From: the human T2T-CHM13v2.0 reference genome, Homo sapiens
Length of the DNA stretch: 64,000 nt
Reading direction: 5' to 3' (one strand)
Assembly: GCF_009914755.1 (NCBI RefSeq)
Contig: NC_060934.1
Of this stretch, positions 14,006 through 30,670 are shown one piece after another. Position numbers and translations under genes: made by a program. Position 1 is the first letter of the stretch; every line of letters starts with the position of its first letter. The notes below the pieces were generated by a model. That model worked only from the letters and a program-made list of their open reading frames with translations. It was not told the DNA's origin and did no database searches.

Positions 14006-14887
14006 GACTAACAAACACAGCTGGAAGAAGAGGGCAGGGAGGACTCCTTAGGATGTGCAGATGGAGTGGCTCATGCAGGCTGCAGTGGAATTCCTTTCCT
14101 TCTTGTAATAAAACAACTCCTATTTACATATCATTTTAGAAAAATATTTTCCCCCTTGTCTTATCTGATGCTCAAGAGAGAATAGAGTTTGCCTTAGCAT
14201 CTCCGTAGATTTGTTTTTTTTAGATGTATGACCTGTCATCAATAAACCCAGAGACATAAATTAGGGAATGGCTGTGCTATAGAAAGCACTTACTGATGTA
14301 TTAAAGATTCTGCCTTCAAGCTCTTTTAAATAGTGCCTTTCTCGGTGATTTGGACTTAAAAATTTAAGGATATATGTACATGCAGCTTTGTGGGAGCACT
14401 TGAATATTAAGTAGTGCCTAGCTAAGTTGTGTTGAAATGAGTTGGTAGATCGTAGATAATATAAAGTAAGTGAATATTTCCAAGGGAGCGGAGAAACTTG
14501 GATGGCTCAGTAATTATGGAAATTGGCAGGGCATTTGGGGACCCCAGCTGCTCTTTGTCCCTTTGTCCCATAAATGGGTGACAGTCTGCAAGGCACGGAG
14601 CTCTGCCAGATGTTTGCAATAGTGGTTGGGTGGGGAGAATTTCAGAGCTGGTTTGGCCACAGGAAGATGACGAGCTTGTTAAGAATAATGATCGGACACC
14701 CTGCATATTCGCTGACTGCATGCTTAGCAAATTTGCAAACTAGCTTCATCCTTAAGGGCTTTTAGTCACAGAATGTAAATAAGAGGCACACCCATGAGAG
14801 TTTGCTGGAAAACAAAGAGAAACCGTGCTCTCAATAAGTGCTCGCTAATTGTTTTGGGATTTGTGACAAATAGGGAGCAAATATTGA

Positions 14888-15712
<825 letters not shown>

Positions 15713-16616
15713 TAATTTTTAAAATAGGGAACAGATTGTGCAAACATACAAAATGTGACCCAGAATGGTTTGGTGTCTAAAAGAGGCTGACCACCTCCAT
15801 GTGGCTGGAGGTGGTTTCAAAACGAAGCCCGCAGGCCATGGCTGAGCTTCACTGACCGTGCTTGCTTTGCCTTTTGTGATTTGCATGCATTTCTCTTAAA
15901 TGAGAGCAAATGGAAGCATTTTTGGATGATACCAGCAGAGCTGCAGAAATGAAAGAGCAGGCTCCCCAGCCCGGAATGAGCAAGTAACAAATCTTCCCTG
16001 GCCCTTTTCTTACCAGTGAAAATGTCTCGTCTTCAGAAACTGCCTGTCTTAAAAATCAGCTCCTCCAACACAGGGAGTAGCTTCAGATAGGGGTGGGCAG
16101 GGGGCAGCAGGAATTAGTAATTTTCAGCATTTACTACTTCCTAGGAACACAGACTTTAAAGAAAGTCAGCTTCCTTGGAACATTTGTCCTCCTTCATTGC
16201 AGTTATTTAGTAATTTCTGAGTCCGGGATTTTTCTGATCAGAACATCTTGTAAAATACAGAGTTGCTGATATTCTGACATAAACCCTCCTTTTAAATGCC
16301 CTTTGCAGTAGAGACCTGCTAGGGTAACTCTGATGTGCCAAACCTCAGAGCCAAGGGGAAAGAACAGGAGCAAATGACACTGAAAGCAAGCTCAAGTTCT
16401 TTGCCAATTATAATATGCTAAAAACACAACCGCAAGCTGATCCTTCTCTAGAGCCTGTAGGGAGGCCGTGCAGCCTGTACAGACTATTTGCCATTTTCTC
16501 TAGCACTTTCTGTCTCATTTTAGGTCACTGAATACTTTATTTCTTGCTGCGGAGTTAATGATATGCATATCTTTACTTCTCAACTAGAGTTCTTTGGTGC
16601 TGGGTCTCAGTCTTTT

Positions 16617-16920
<304 letters not shown>

Positions 16921-17127
16921 CTGGGTCTCAGTCTTTTTGCTTTTTCCCTTAGCACCTAGGAGAGTACTTTATTCATAGTTACTGTTCCATAATTATTGTT
17001 GAATGAATGCACTTGAACAAAACACAATGTGATTTGTTTTGTTTTCCAGATCAGCTCATAATGAATTATATGTATCTAACTGGGCAGACGTAAAGCTGCC
17101 GCCTGTAGAATAAAAGAGCCATCCATG

Positions 17128-17280
17128 ATTAGAATCACAGAAGCAGAAAATTTTAGAACTATAAAGGACTTGAGATTTTAATTCAGTCTGTTTATTTTGG
17201 AGATGAACAATGAGAGTTCGTGGAGATCAAGTGACTTGCCCAAGGTGGAATTGCTGGTGACACATGAACCAGCCACCCAC
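17128..17280. mobile_element. MIR
   Basis: MIR core ...agatgaacaatgagag...aagtgacttgcccaagg. Confidence 0.6.
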
Positions 17281-17529
17281 TTACTTAGACAATGACTGGT
17301 CACATGAGAGCTGACATTGCTGACAATTGTTTTAGCTACCTATTGTGGTACATTTAAATTGCATCAATCTTTATGCCTCCGATTTTCCTTGGAGAAGATA
17401 GCTAACCGATTTTTAATTTTATCTTCTCTGAATTTGTGGCTCATTCATTTCTTTGTTTTTCCTCTGTCTGCTTTCTAAAATTTCTTTATGCCGCTTTCAA
17501 GAAAGCTGACTGGAACAGTCTGTTCTCCC

Positions 17530-17991
17530 CGTGTTAGACACAGAGGGGTCAGGGACAGAGATTGATTATTCTAGTGGGCAATGGCCAGATCTTATATAAA
17601 AGTGGAGTTCTGACTTCCAGTCTGCAGCAGCCAGTCCAGGAAACCAACCAATAACCCCTGTAGCAATTGGCCCGGCATGCCCAGGACTTGATCAATTACT
17701 GGCAGCTGCCCTAATTTTTGTCGTGACTTCCAACTTCGGACCAAACAGAGAAGGCCAAATATGCTCCCGTAACCGATCACCCGGATGGGCTGCTTTTGTT
17801 ATCCCCCTACGGCACCTGCCAACAGCTGCCACCCAGAGCTTTCCCTTCTTCCACTAAAAAGTGTCACACTTCTCTGCCTGCCTTTGAGTTTCTACCAAAC
17901 ACAGGTGACAGTGGCTGACTTCTTATTATAGCAAGCTCTGAATAAATAGCTTCGGCTTTTCTCATTTTGGTGGGCTTCATGTATTTCCACG
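17530..17991 (+). mobile_element. ERV solo LTR, family uncertain (possibly MER77/MER21-like)
   Basis: LTR-like 3' end with AATAAA at 17941 and terminal tatttccac; 5' boundary uncertain. Confidence 0.55.
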
Positions 17992-18059
17992 TAGGGAAAG
18001 ACCCAGGAAGAAGCCCGGCCCTGCTCACTTGACTGTTCTCTCTGTTTCTGTTCACGTAG

Positions 18060-18385
<326 letters not shown>

Positions 18386-19416
18386 TGTTTTTGTTTTCTG
18401 TTTTTTTCCTTAAAAAAGCCAATTTGTCTTTTCTTATTTCAAAAGGAAATATGAAAACGCCCCCGTTGATTGCTTGGCTGAAATTGACATGCACTCTGTT
18501 GGTGGCATTCTCCAGACCTGGTCACTTAAGACAGGAGAGAAGGTTGGGCCGGCTTGAAGTCCACACTTTAGTGTTTTCTAAATGCTTGTACAACTTTCAT
18601 TTCATCATCTCCCTGCGATCTCCCAAGGAGGAAGATGTCAGGCACCCTCTATCTTTCTCCTTTCCGGAATCCATTCTTCTTTCTTATTTTGAAGATGAGG
18701 ATTCTTCTTGTTTTCCAGTATTTCTCAATATAGATAGAAAGTCTGAAATCACAACTAAGGTTCATTATTTGCCAGCCAAGAGTATTTTTCTTTTAAACAT
18801 CAATAATGAACTTTAATTAAAGTGATGACATTGTCTTGTTTTAGAGACTGTTTTATGTGTCAGTAAGAAATGACATGGCCAGCGTGGTATTTAGAGGGGT
18901 AGGCGACAGGGATTTAGGCATCCCCAAGTGTCTGTCAGCCCACCCAACCCCCCATTCTCTGATGTGTCCAACTGACGTTTTCTCAGTTTTATGTGAAGGC
19001 TCTGCAGATGCAGTTTCATGCCCCTTATTTCCAAACATACTGAAATCACAAGTCTCTTTGGTATAAAAGAATTAATGTATCTGAAGTGCTCCAAACACAG
19101 CCTGGTCCGTAGTAATTGTTCAATGCCAGCCTACTGCTACTATTTCTCCCGTGGCTACTAATAGTAATACTACTCATTATTAGGCAGAAATCCTGTAACA
19201 GCTACTTTCTCTTAGTCATGTTTGCCTTAGTCCTTAGAATGCTTTAATATGCCAGTCTCCTTTCTAAGAGTCCTCTGCTTAAAATCTCTCTTGTTCTCTC
19301 CTTTCTGCCTGGCTCCCTCCTCTTCATCTTTCACATACCTCTTAAATGTCACTTTCTCAGGGAAGTCTTCCTAAACTCTAGTCCAAATTAGGGTTCCTAT
19401 TTTCCTCTTTCAGACC

Positions 19417-19615
19417 AGGGGTCAGTGAATGTTTTCTATAAGGGGTCCAGTAGTAAATGTTTTAGACTTTGCAGGCCATATAGGCAACTACTCAAGTCTG
19501 ATGTAGTCTAAAAGCAGCCATAGATGATATGTAAATGAATGTGTGGGCTGAGTTCCAGTAAAACTTTATTTACAAAAACAGGTGGTGGGCCAGTTGTAGT
19601 TTAACGAACCCGTTT
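19417..19615. mobile_element. MER58A (hAT-Charlie) within L2 remnant
   Basis: caggggtcag...aaatgttttagactttgcaggccata...aaaactttatttacaaaaacaggtggtgggcc. Confidence 0.8.
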
Positions 19616-19662
19616 TAGGGCACTCTTTACTTTTTCTGCACAGTATGATTACATGATGATCA

Positions 19663-20112
<450 letters not shown>

Positions 20113-20234
20113 TACCATCCCCCGTGGCCTGTGGCCTTTATCCTTCCTCCCCTCTCTCCTAAATCTAGCTCCTTCTGGACTTACCTGTCCTCCCAAGCTT
20201 GGGCCACTCAACTTGTAATGTCTGCCCTTGGTCA

Positions 20235-20569
<335 letters not shown>

Positions 20570-21408
20570 TCATTATAAGAGGTGAGCTCAGCTTAAGAGC
20601 ATGATAACATCCACATTACAGGGAGGAACAGTGGACATGTCAAATTCTCATTGCTGTGATTTGGGGCAAGAAAAAATAACAGGCACCACCTAGCAACCCT
20701 ACCCCAAGCATCTCAAGATGTGGTAATTTCTTTTATACAAAACAAGTTTGTTTTGTTCAACCACGTTTAAGCCTATAGGTGTGATCCTTGTTTTTATAGG
20801 CAGCTAATTTCAAAGTGACATTTTGGGATGGGTTAATTTCACTTGTATTTTTCTTGCTTTTTGAATGCCTTACAGTTGAGGCTGTCAGCACTCGGCCTCC
20901 ACCACAGCCAAGAGTCAGACAGAATGTGGAACCACCCACCAAGTGGGCCAATGACAATGGGCTCTACGTTTCTGTCCCTTCTCATTTCCTGCTGTAAACT
21001 TTCAGGGAGTCAGTGAACTCAAGCGTTTCTGTCAGATATAGAAACATTTCCCATGGTTGGAAAGTTAAAGGCTAGTTTAGGTTACAGGCAGTTTGTCTGC
21101 TGGAAAATACATAGTTTTCAGACACTTCCTTTTCTGGTAATAAACAAAAACAAAATCAGGAAACTGTTTCCAGGAGGTTGAACGTGTGGTTCTCATCTGC
21201 TCGGCCTCATGCGGTGTTCAAGTCCCAGGAAGTGGTTGACGTAGGTGGGGCAGCCATATTGCAGCCAGGCCCAGGCTGCAGGAAGGAATTGACTATATAG
21301 GTCAGGATCCACTTGCGGAAAGCAGAAATGATTCCAGCTGGTTTAAGCACAGGGTGATGAGAATTTCAAGTGCTGACACTGACAATGAAAGGCGGGGAAG
21401 GAGACTCA

Positions 21409-21825
<417 letters not shown>

Positions 21826-22600
21826 TTATCAGAATGTGGGCAGTCACTAAAATGCTGCTGGCTTGTGGAATACACCTTCCCCCGATTCTAGGCTCATGAA
21901 CTTGGGCCTGGTCCCTGGGACCTTTGCATCTGAGGTGGGGTGATTGATCCAGGCCCATCTTGAATGTCTTGATTGTATCTTTGCATTTGCGTTTTGTAAG
22001 TCAAGTCCAACGTGCGTGCTCTGGGCCATGCGTCTTCTGTCCATAGCCCGTTCTGTCCCCTACCCCTTGACCATGTTTCCAGGGTGAGTGTTCAGCTGCC
22101 CACTTTCTGGTCCCACCCAGAGACCACTGCCACCTGAGGAAGCGTGACATTAGATAGCAAATTTTAAAAATACCATGACAGGTCAATAAAGAGACCACAG
22201 AAGAAAGGGGAAAGTATTTCCTCCTGATTTTTGAACAAGGTGCCTGGCATTTTTGTATTGCACTGGGCTGTGAAAGCTGTGTAGCCAACTCTGAATGCAT
22301 CTCATCGCTTCCTACTATGAGTAGCAGCTTCTGCCTTCCCTCCTTTCCAGGGCTAAGTCTCTGCTTGGGGGAGAGTCAGGCCACACATGGAACCCAGCTG
22401 CAGGGGAGTCTGGGAAAGGAGTTGTTAGGGTTTTGTCTTCTGGCAAGCAGTAAGACACCCTAAAAGGGGTGGAGATGAGAGAGCTCTTCAGTCCTAAAAA
22501 GGGACATAGCCCAGGAAGACCCAAGAAGGGAAAGCAGGAAGTGAGGAGAGTGTGGGCATTTGGAGGAGGGGTTGAGTTTATCCCCCTTTAAAAGAGAAAC

Positions 22601-22958
22601 TGTCGACAAAATAAATGTAGTAGAATTTCTTTGAGCATTAAAGGATTCATGAGTTGGGCAGCCCTCACAAACAGAAGAGGTTCAGAGATCTAGGCTTTGG
22701 CAGCATGAGCAGTGGGCTTCTATAGGCTGAACTTGGAAGCAAAGTAAAGCATTTATTTGATTGGCTCCAGCTAGCGGTTTGCCTTATTTGGGTGTGATCT
22801 GGTGGGAGGTCCCCAGTTAGAGGTTAGTTGGCAGTTTCTGATTGGTTAGGCTTACATTTCACTTTACAGTTTACATTGGGCTTCATTTGGCTTACCTAGG
22901 AACCCAAGGTGCTGGAGCCATCTCAGCCTAGTGGCCTCCCAGTTAAATATTTTTAACA
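22601..22958 (-). mobile_element. ERV1-class solo LTR (MER93-like)
   Basis: TG...CA termini; reverse complement starts TGTTAAAAATATTTAACTGGGAGGCCACTAGGCTGAG, with CCAAT boxes. Confidence 0.65.
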
Positions 22959-25900
22959 CTCCAAATCTCTTAGTTTGAGCTACTCCTAGGTACCGATTTC
23001 TAGGTAGAGTCCATCTGAAACCTGTAGATGAGAGGTATTGAAACTTAGGGAGCAGTAGAGGAGCTTGTCTGAAATCATGGTTTCTGGGTCCCTACCCTCA
23101 AAGATTTGGATGCCGAAATCCCATGGTGGGGTCTAGAATTTAAACTGGTAGGTTCCTCTGGAGACACTGTGTTCACTCTGCTTCTGATCACTAGTGTCTA
23201 CTCCTCCTGGCCTCCAGTCCCCCTTTCCCACCCACATTTTTTTTTTAGACCTGGTAATTTTTTTTCTCTTTTCTGCATTTTTCTTGTGGTTTTTTTAGGT
23301 GTCTTTATTAACATTCCCACTGGTTTAGAGATTGAAAGCAAAGTTCCTGTCTTTGCTTTGAACACTCTAGTGAAACAGGATACTCAAGGTAAATGCTAAG
23401 ATGAGGCTATTATCTCTGGAGCTCAGGGTCTAATTCATCCAACGTTTATTGAGCCCCTTCAAAGCACCCATCAGTGGGGATGGAAAATAAAAAATACACA
23501 GCTCCTGCCGTGCAGGAGCTTGTAACCTTGTGGGGAAGCTTAGCACTTCTTGCCTCCCTAGGTTTAAGCAGTTGGAGGTGCAGTATCTATTTGGAAAGAA
23601 GAAAAATGCTTTTGAAAACTGCACGTGGTCTGTATGGTGGCTGCTCCTTGTCCTGAATGCAAGGTTGCCCTCCATGATTGGGGAAGCATCCATCACCCCC
23701 TTGGGAACTGAACTCAGCTATAATGTTTGTGCTTAGGAAACTTGACATTGAACTTCCAGTAACTGAGGCCAGGACCTTCTTGAAGCACTGCCTTGTGGTT
23801 CAGTTCTGCCTGCCCACGGTCATTGGCCTTCTGGGCTGACCGTTTCCTCGCTGACTCCCACAGACACGCTGACCATCTGGAGGCTAAAGGATCTTTCTTC
23901 CTAGCAGGTCCCTCATGGTAGGGGCTCTGGGGCCCCTACCAGGCAAAGGAATGGTTGGGATTAGACCCTATGCAGAGGCACGTGACTTTTCATAGAGGGG
24001 CACTTCCATGGCCCAGTTGTTCCCTCATTGAGGGCGTTGTGGGGAGCCGGTTCCTTCCTGTGGATTGTAGCCTTCCTGACTTTAAATCCTTGCTTTATTC
24101 AGATCCTTGGCCAGTTCTTCTGTACTGGTCTCCTGGGCCACCCATAGGGCTGTCTTCACTTCCTACCATCAGCTGTTCCCTCTATCCAAAGATGAAGGAG
24201 CCCTGTATTTGCTGATGTGAGCTGCTTCCTTTATTTATGCTCTCACTGGATCTCTGGGAGATGTACTCTACCATCAGAACACTCAGAGACAGTTACCTGG
24301 ACATAAAGTGTTGGTGTTGGCATCGTTATCAAACAATAACAGAAAACACGTCAGCACCAACTGCATCTGTCCCTGTGCTTGATAAGGAAAAAACAACATG
24401 CACAGTCCTGTCTTTGAAGAGCTGACATTAAGATGGACGATGCCGTGAAACACACGCATTTGTAAGTTGCAGACATCCTCCTATGCAAGCACTCTAGTCA
24501 CATTTGTTTGGTAAAAGATAATCACTTTTAGCTTCAGAAAGAACTCATTCATGCCTTGATTTTCAGTGTTGCCACGGGAAAGCAATAGCAGAACCTGGGT
24601 CCCTGCTGTGAAAATGAAAATACTTAAGGATGTTCAATTGCTTTTCTGTTATTCATGTGCATCCGTGGTAGGACATCATGGCAGAGCAGCTGCTCAGAGC
24701 GTGCGATTAGGTGTGGGTTCCCACTTCAGCCTGGGATTGTTTCATTTCCTGCAGCTGTTCTCCAGCATGGTAAAATTCGAACGATGTCGATAATTTTCCC
24801 ATAAGGGGCTCTCAAGATACATCAGGTTGTGCTCTCTAGAGTAGTTTAAACTACTATTTCTTGAGTACTTACTATGTACTGGGCAGCATTTTCCATATCT
24901 CAGGAAGCAGTCTCATTTTCAAAGGAAAATGAAATCTGTTTCGGGTCACACCACTTCCTGCAGATTCAGGACACCCCACTGAGAGATTTAAAAACCGTGG
25001 ATGCTCTTTTCAGTCTGACAAGATGCTTGTCATAGAGCATCACTGTCTGGGCTACAGGGATGCAGAAAGGACCGAAGGTCTGAAGGGAGGAAAAGGGCTC
25101 TGTACTGGTGGGTTTCTGGAAAAGCCTTTACTTTGAGGTGGTCCATTGAGCTTGTGTAGCCTGGAGGGGTAGAAGCAAAATTAAACGAATACGGGTCAAC
25201 CTTTTAACGCGTATCTTGCAAATAACATGCTACTGGCTCTATGTGCAATGCCTGGATATAACAAATCTATTTTTACGAGGCCTACAAAGACCAAAATATC
25301 TCGATGTGTGTGATGTGATGTAATCTCTGCATTTGGGGTGGGAGGTGAGTAGGGAAACAACTACTTTGGAATTAGCACGAATGTACACAATTTCTGAGTA
25401 ATGATGCACGAGAATGCTCAGGTATTCATAGAATTCAGAGAGGGGGTGTGACCTGCCCATGATTTAGGAAAGGCCTTAGGTGTTTCTGGGAATTGTATGT
25501 TCATATGTTCCTACAGCCAATAACTCGCATATAATGATCATCATTATTTGTTGAACAGTTAGGCTAACTGAGTATCTTTTTGGGGGTTACTTGGAGCAGT
25601 CGCTGTGTTTTCTTGAGTTGTAAAGAATTATGGTGAAGGTTTTGGCTTAAAGAATTGGAGGTGGAAGTGATTCCCTGCTGCATCTTATTTTGAGAGTGGA
25701 AGGGAGAAATTCTGTCCATTCAGTGAGGCGGGATGCAGCTGCGTTGTAGGTTCTGGTGGAATAAGGTGTCTCCTGGAGCTGGAGGGGTGGTGTGGGGTGG
25801 ACCAAGGAAGCATGTGGCTCACTGGATCCTAGGAGGTGTTGTGACCTCATCGTGCCCACCTGGCATCAGAGAGTAGGCAGTGCACTGCCTCAAAGGAGAA

Positions 25901-26367
25901 ACCCTCTGGGATGAGACAGACATAAAGTAAGAAGAAAAGAGCCAGTCTTTGGCTCAGCAATGCATTTGTGTTGGTTTCTTTTTGTCCCCTTTTAGACAAA
26001 CCTATTCGTGGTAGAAAGAGAGCAACGTGAACACGATCAGGAGAGGGAGAGGAGCAGTCCTACCACTTTGGCCTTTGTGTCCTCCATGAAGAGATGCTGG
26101 TGTTTTCTGAGCATTTGTGAGCTCTTGGCATTTGGGTCATAGTGCATCGGTATTCACAACTTTTCCACACGGGCCCCAGAGGAGGGCTTGCAGCCTCCCC
26201 ATTGCCAGCTTCTGGGGATGAGAAGAATTGCAGAATTGTATAAATCCCTTATCATCAGCTAGAGGATTGTTAAATGCACACATTAAGGCAAACAAACAAA
26301 CAAATAAAAAACCAACCAACCTTTTGTCAACAATTGGCTTTATTTTTTAAGAAAATACAGTAGAACG

Positions 26368-26520
26368 AGCAAGATGTGGTGGCGTGTTCCTGTAGTCCTG
26401 GCTGCTTAGGAGGCTGGGGCAGGAGGATCACTTGAGCTCAGGAGTTGGAGGCTGCAGTGAGCTATGATTGTGCCACTGCACTCCAGCCTTGGCAGCAGAG
26501 TGGGACCTTGTCTCAAATTA
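26368..26520 (+). mobile_element. Alu monomer (FRAM/AluJ right arm)
   Basis: cctgtagtcc...gaggatcacttgag...ccactgcactccagcc. Confidence 0.8.
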
Positions 26521-27034
26521 CGAAGAGAGAGGGAAGGAGGGTGGGAAGAAGGAAATAGCAGAACAATAGAAGTTTGTAAAAATACCCAAGTTAGAAGAAA
26601 GAAAAAAACAGGAGAGATACTCAAGGATATTTGACTCCAGTTCCCCGCTTCTTACATGGGAAGCTGGGTGGGCCCCCCTGTTTCTAGTTCAGCATTCCCT
26701 TTGAGACCTCCTCAACTCAAGGGGGACTTCAGAAACAATGGAATGAAACAATGGGCCCTACGTTTTCACTCAGAGCTCAAGCTTTATGTTGCCAGGCAAA
26801 CCTAGAAAGAGTCCCTACTCGGTAACCTACTCACGCTTGGTTTGTTTTAACAGAATATAGAGGGGTCAGTGAACGTGTGTTTTGATTCCAAGGAAATTCC
26901 AAGCACCTTAAGAGTTTAGTAAATGTTGATCTGGCGACATTTCACTTTTCCTTTTTAGCAACCAAGAAGTCCGATAATGAAAGAATTTTCTCTTTAATTG
27001 ACTTAACCCTGCAAGATGTTTGCTCAGAGATTTT

Positions 27035-27582
27035 GTTTGTTTGTTTTGTATCAATTTAAGGAGTACAAGTACAGTTTTGTTACATGGATCTATTGCGTAG
27101 TGGTGAATTCTGAGCTTTTGGTGTAACCATCACCCAAATCATGTACATTGTACCCATTAAGTAATTTCTCCTCCCTCATGCCCTCCCATTCTTCTACCCT
27201 TCTAAGCCTCTAACGTGTGTTACTCCATTCTGTATGTTCACATGTACACATTATTTAGCTCCCACTTGTGGGTGAGAACATGTGGTATTTAGCTTTCTGT
27301 TTCTGAGTTATTTCACTTAACATAATGGCCTCCACTTCCACCCACCCATGTTGCTGCAAACGACATGACTTCATTCTTTTTTATGGCTGAATAGTGTTCC
27401 TCGGTATGCATGTACCACATTATCTTTGTCCAATCTTCTAATGATGGATGTTTGGGTGGATTCCCTATCTTTGCAATTGTGGGTGGTGCGGTGGTAGACA
27501 TGAGTGCAGGTATCTTTTTGATATAATCATTTCTTTCCTTTGGGTAGACACCCAGTAGTGGGATTGCTGGATAAAATGATAG
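27035..27582 (-). mobile_element. L1MA 3'-end fragment
   Basis: ORF 27313-27501 resembles ORF2p C-terminus (YSAIKKNEVMSFAATW); L1MA-type 3'UTR. Confidence 0.85.
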
Positions 27583-27799
27583 TTTTTTTTTTTGTTTGTT
27601 TGTTTGTTTGTTTTTTTTTGCTCAGAGATTAAGTCTTTTTGGTGTGAGCTTTTATTTACAAGCATTCCATGTCCTGTAAATAATGTGAGCAAGTTTTCAT
27701 TGCATGATAAATTTGGTTTCACTCAGTCTTGCCTGTATCTTATGTGAAGATAGACATATGACATGAAAACACATGACCTGAGCTCTCTAGTTCCTGTGA

Positions 27800-28171
<372 letters not shown>

Positions 28172-28627
28172 TCAGTTCATTTCTTAAAGAGACAAATTCT
28201 AAACACAGTGGCAAGCCATCAGCAGGGCTTTCTTCTCCCCTGCAGAATCGTCTTAGCCTCGGTAGCTCGTTTCAGCTCAGCTGGTGTGCATTAGGTACCT
28301 GTGGACAAGGCAGCTGAGCTCTTAGGAGGAAACAGGAAGAAGCCCCCTCTACCTGTGTGTCCTGCCCAGGGCAAGGGATCCTGTGGCAGGGGGCCCATTC
28401 TGGAACCACTCATAGTAGATGGGACTTCAGAATCTTCCAGAACAAGGGGAATGCCTGTCTTATGATTTGAAGCATCTCCCCCAGTGGTTCTGTTTGCCTT
28501 CCTCATACTCCCCGAAGAACTATGGTCTTATAAAACCACTGCTGAGTTTATCTGAGGCAAAGTTTGATTACAGGAAAGTAATTCAGGAAAGCCCTGTATA
28601 AACTCATTTTATATCTCTACTCACAAT

Positions 28628-28772
28628 CTTTTATTTTATCTGTTTATTCATTTTTGTAGAGACAGGGTCTCACTATATTGCCCAGACCTGGTCTCAAACT
28701 CCTGGCCTCAAGTGATCCCCCTACTTCAGCCTCCCAAAGTGCTGGGATGACAAGTGTGAGCCACAGCACCCG
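28628..28772 (-). mobile_element. Alu left monomer (FLAM-like)
   Basis: gtagagacagggtctcac...cccaaagtgctggga. Confidence 0.8.
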
Positions 28773-29302
28773 ATCCCCACTCACAGTCTCTCATTTCATG
28801 TTCATAGGTGGTCTACAGATAGCAGGAAATCTCTCACCGATGACTTTTCCAACCCTGAAAAGATGCAAACAACCTGATGAAAGAAAGATTCCTGGGTGAC
28901 AGGAGCTATATTTGTAGGAGCAGGTGCCATTTGGGACAGAGCACAGGGTGTGGGAGCATTCTGAATTAGAGAAGAGAGTGGGCAGCTTCATCCCTCCTGG
29001 GCAGCAGATCCATTTTATCTGCTGTGAATTCCTGGCACACCAGAAGTGCCTCTATTTAAATATGTCAGCATAAAAGGCGATGGCTGTTCTTTGAGCACTT
29101 AGGAAATGTTTGTTTGGGGAGGACCTGCATTGTTTCAGGTCCGTAATGGCACTGGGCCTGCAGAGACGCATGGAGGCCGCTCTGCCTACACACTCCGCCT
29201 CTGTCTGTGTGGGAAGGGGAAGTTGAGGACGTCTGAGCAAAGACCGGTGGTGGATCTGGACCCACAGTGACTCCCATAAGCATCACATGTCTTTCTAACT
29301 GC

Positions 29303-29307
<5 letters not shown>

Positions 29308-29346
<39 letters not shown>

Positions 29347-29622
29347 TTGAGACAGAGTCTCGCCCTGTTGCTCCCAAGCTGGAGTATAGTGGTGCGATCT
29401 TGGCTCACAGCAACCTCTGCCTCCCGAGTTCAAGTGATTCTCCTGCCTCAGCCATCTGAATAGCTGGGATTACAGGCACGCGTCACTGCACCCGGCTAAT
29501 TTTTATATTTTTGGTAAAGATGGGGTTTCGCCATGTTGGCCAGGCTGGTCTTGAACTTATGACTTCAGATGATCCACCTCCCAAAGTGCTGGGATTACAG
29601 GCATGAGCCACCGCGCCTGGCC
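29308..29622 (-). mobile_element. AluS with (TTA)n tail
   Basis: TSD tctaactgcttgtt at 29294-29307 and 29623-29636. Confidence 0.92.
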
Positions 29623-29639
29623 TCTAACTGCTTGTTGAT

Positions 29640-30670
29640 GTTTCCTAATACATTTCCTACAGTGACCTCAAGCTCAGCATGTCCGCATTCCGGATTCCTC
29701 CTCCCCGCCCAGACTGGCTCTGCCTGCTGCGTCCTGCTGGGACACCAGTTGCGCAGTGCCTGAAGCCAGGAACCTGGACCTCCTTCCAGGTCAACCCCGC
29801 CTCCCACCCTGACCCGTGCACGCCTGTCCTTGATCATTATATCATATGGCTTCAGCCTCTGAAATGTGACTTGTGTGTCATTACCTCTCCAGAACCCATG
29901 ACCACTGTCACCTTTTACTTCTGCTGTTGTAATAGGTCCTTACCTGGCCTTCTCACCTGCCTTCCTCCAGTCCATCCTGTGCTATTCGATGGAGTGGGAC
30001 CTCGGGTTGAGAACACGGCTCCAGGACAGCCATGAGAAGGGTGCAGAAGGCAGTCAGCCCGCGGCTGGATTAGCACCCGCTGGGGATCATTCTCCCCTCT
30101 TTCCCGCTTGACCCATTCCCCCAGTCACACACCTCCCTTAGTACAACTCTTTGCTTCCCTTGCTTCTTCTCCAGGATAAGGAACAAGCTCCTTAACATCA
30201 CATCTCCAACCAGTCATGAAGGGGCCTGAAGTGATCTTTGCTGTTTCATCTTTCCCCCATCTCCAGCCCTGGAACACACCTGTCACACTCTGGCTGTGAC
30301 TTATTACATTTTACCATTCCTTAGAAACGCTGTGTACCCAGAGGTCTCTGGGAGTTTGCAGCAACTGCCTAAGCTGAGGAAGCCCTTATCTACCTGAAAA
30401 ATGCATGCCTGCTTCATAGCCAGCCACCGTGCCAGTGGCCATATCCCTAGGCAGGGCTGGCCTGTGCCTTCTCTGGACTCCGATAGTAGTTAAGTTCCTC
30501 TGTCATACTGGGATCGCTCCTGTCACCCCCCATCATAAATACTTATCTGTCTGCATCTCAGACAGAAGTGAGCCTCTGGAGGCCTGGGACCCGTTCTTAT
30601 GTATCTCTGTAATTCTTAGCACCCAACCAAGCCTGTGCCTGGTACAGAATCATCGTTCATTGTGAACGAA
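29640..30670 (+). mobile_element. L2 LINE fragments
   Basis: Degenerate L2 3' region ending gtgcctggtacag...ttgtgaacgaatg. Confidence 0.5.

Noticed and set aside
20860-20997. Acceptor-like site followed by an open frame (VEAVSTRPPPQPRVRQ...)
   Set aside because: No consensus donor and no recognisable protein
24566-24630. Weak resemblance to a reverse tRNA-Glu fragment
   Set aside because: Too degenerate; no cloverleaf can be built
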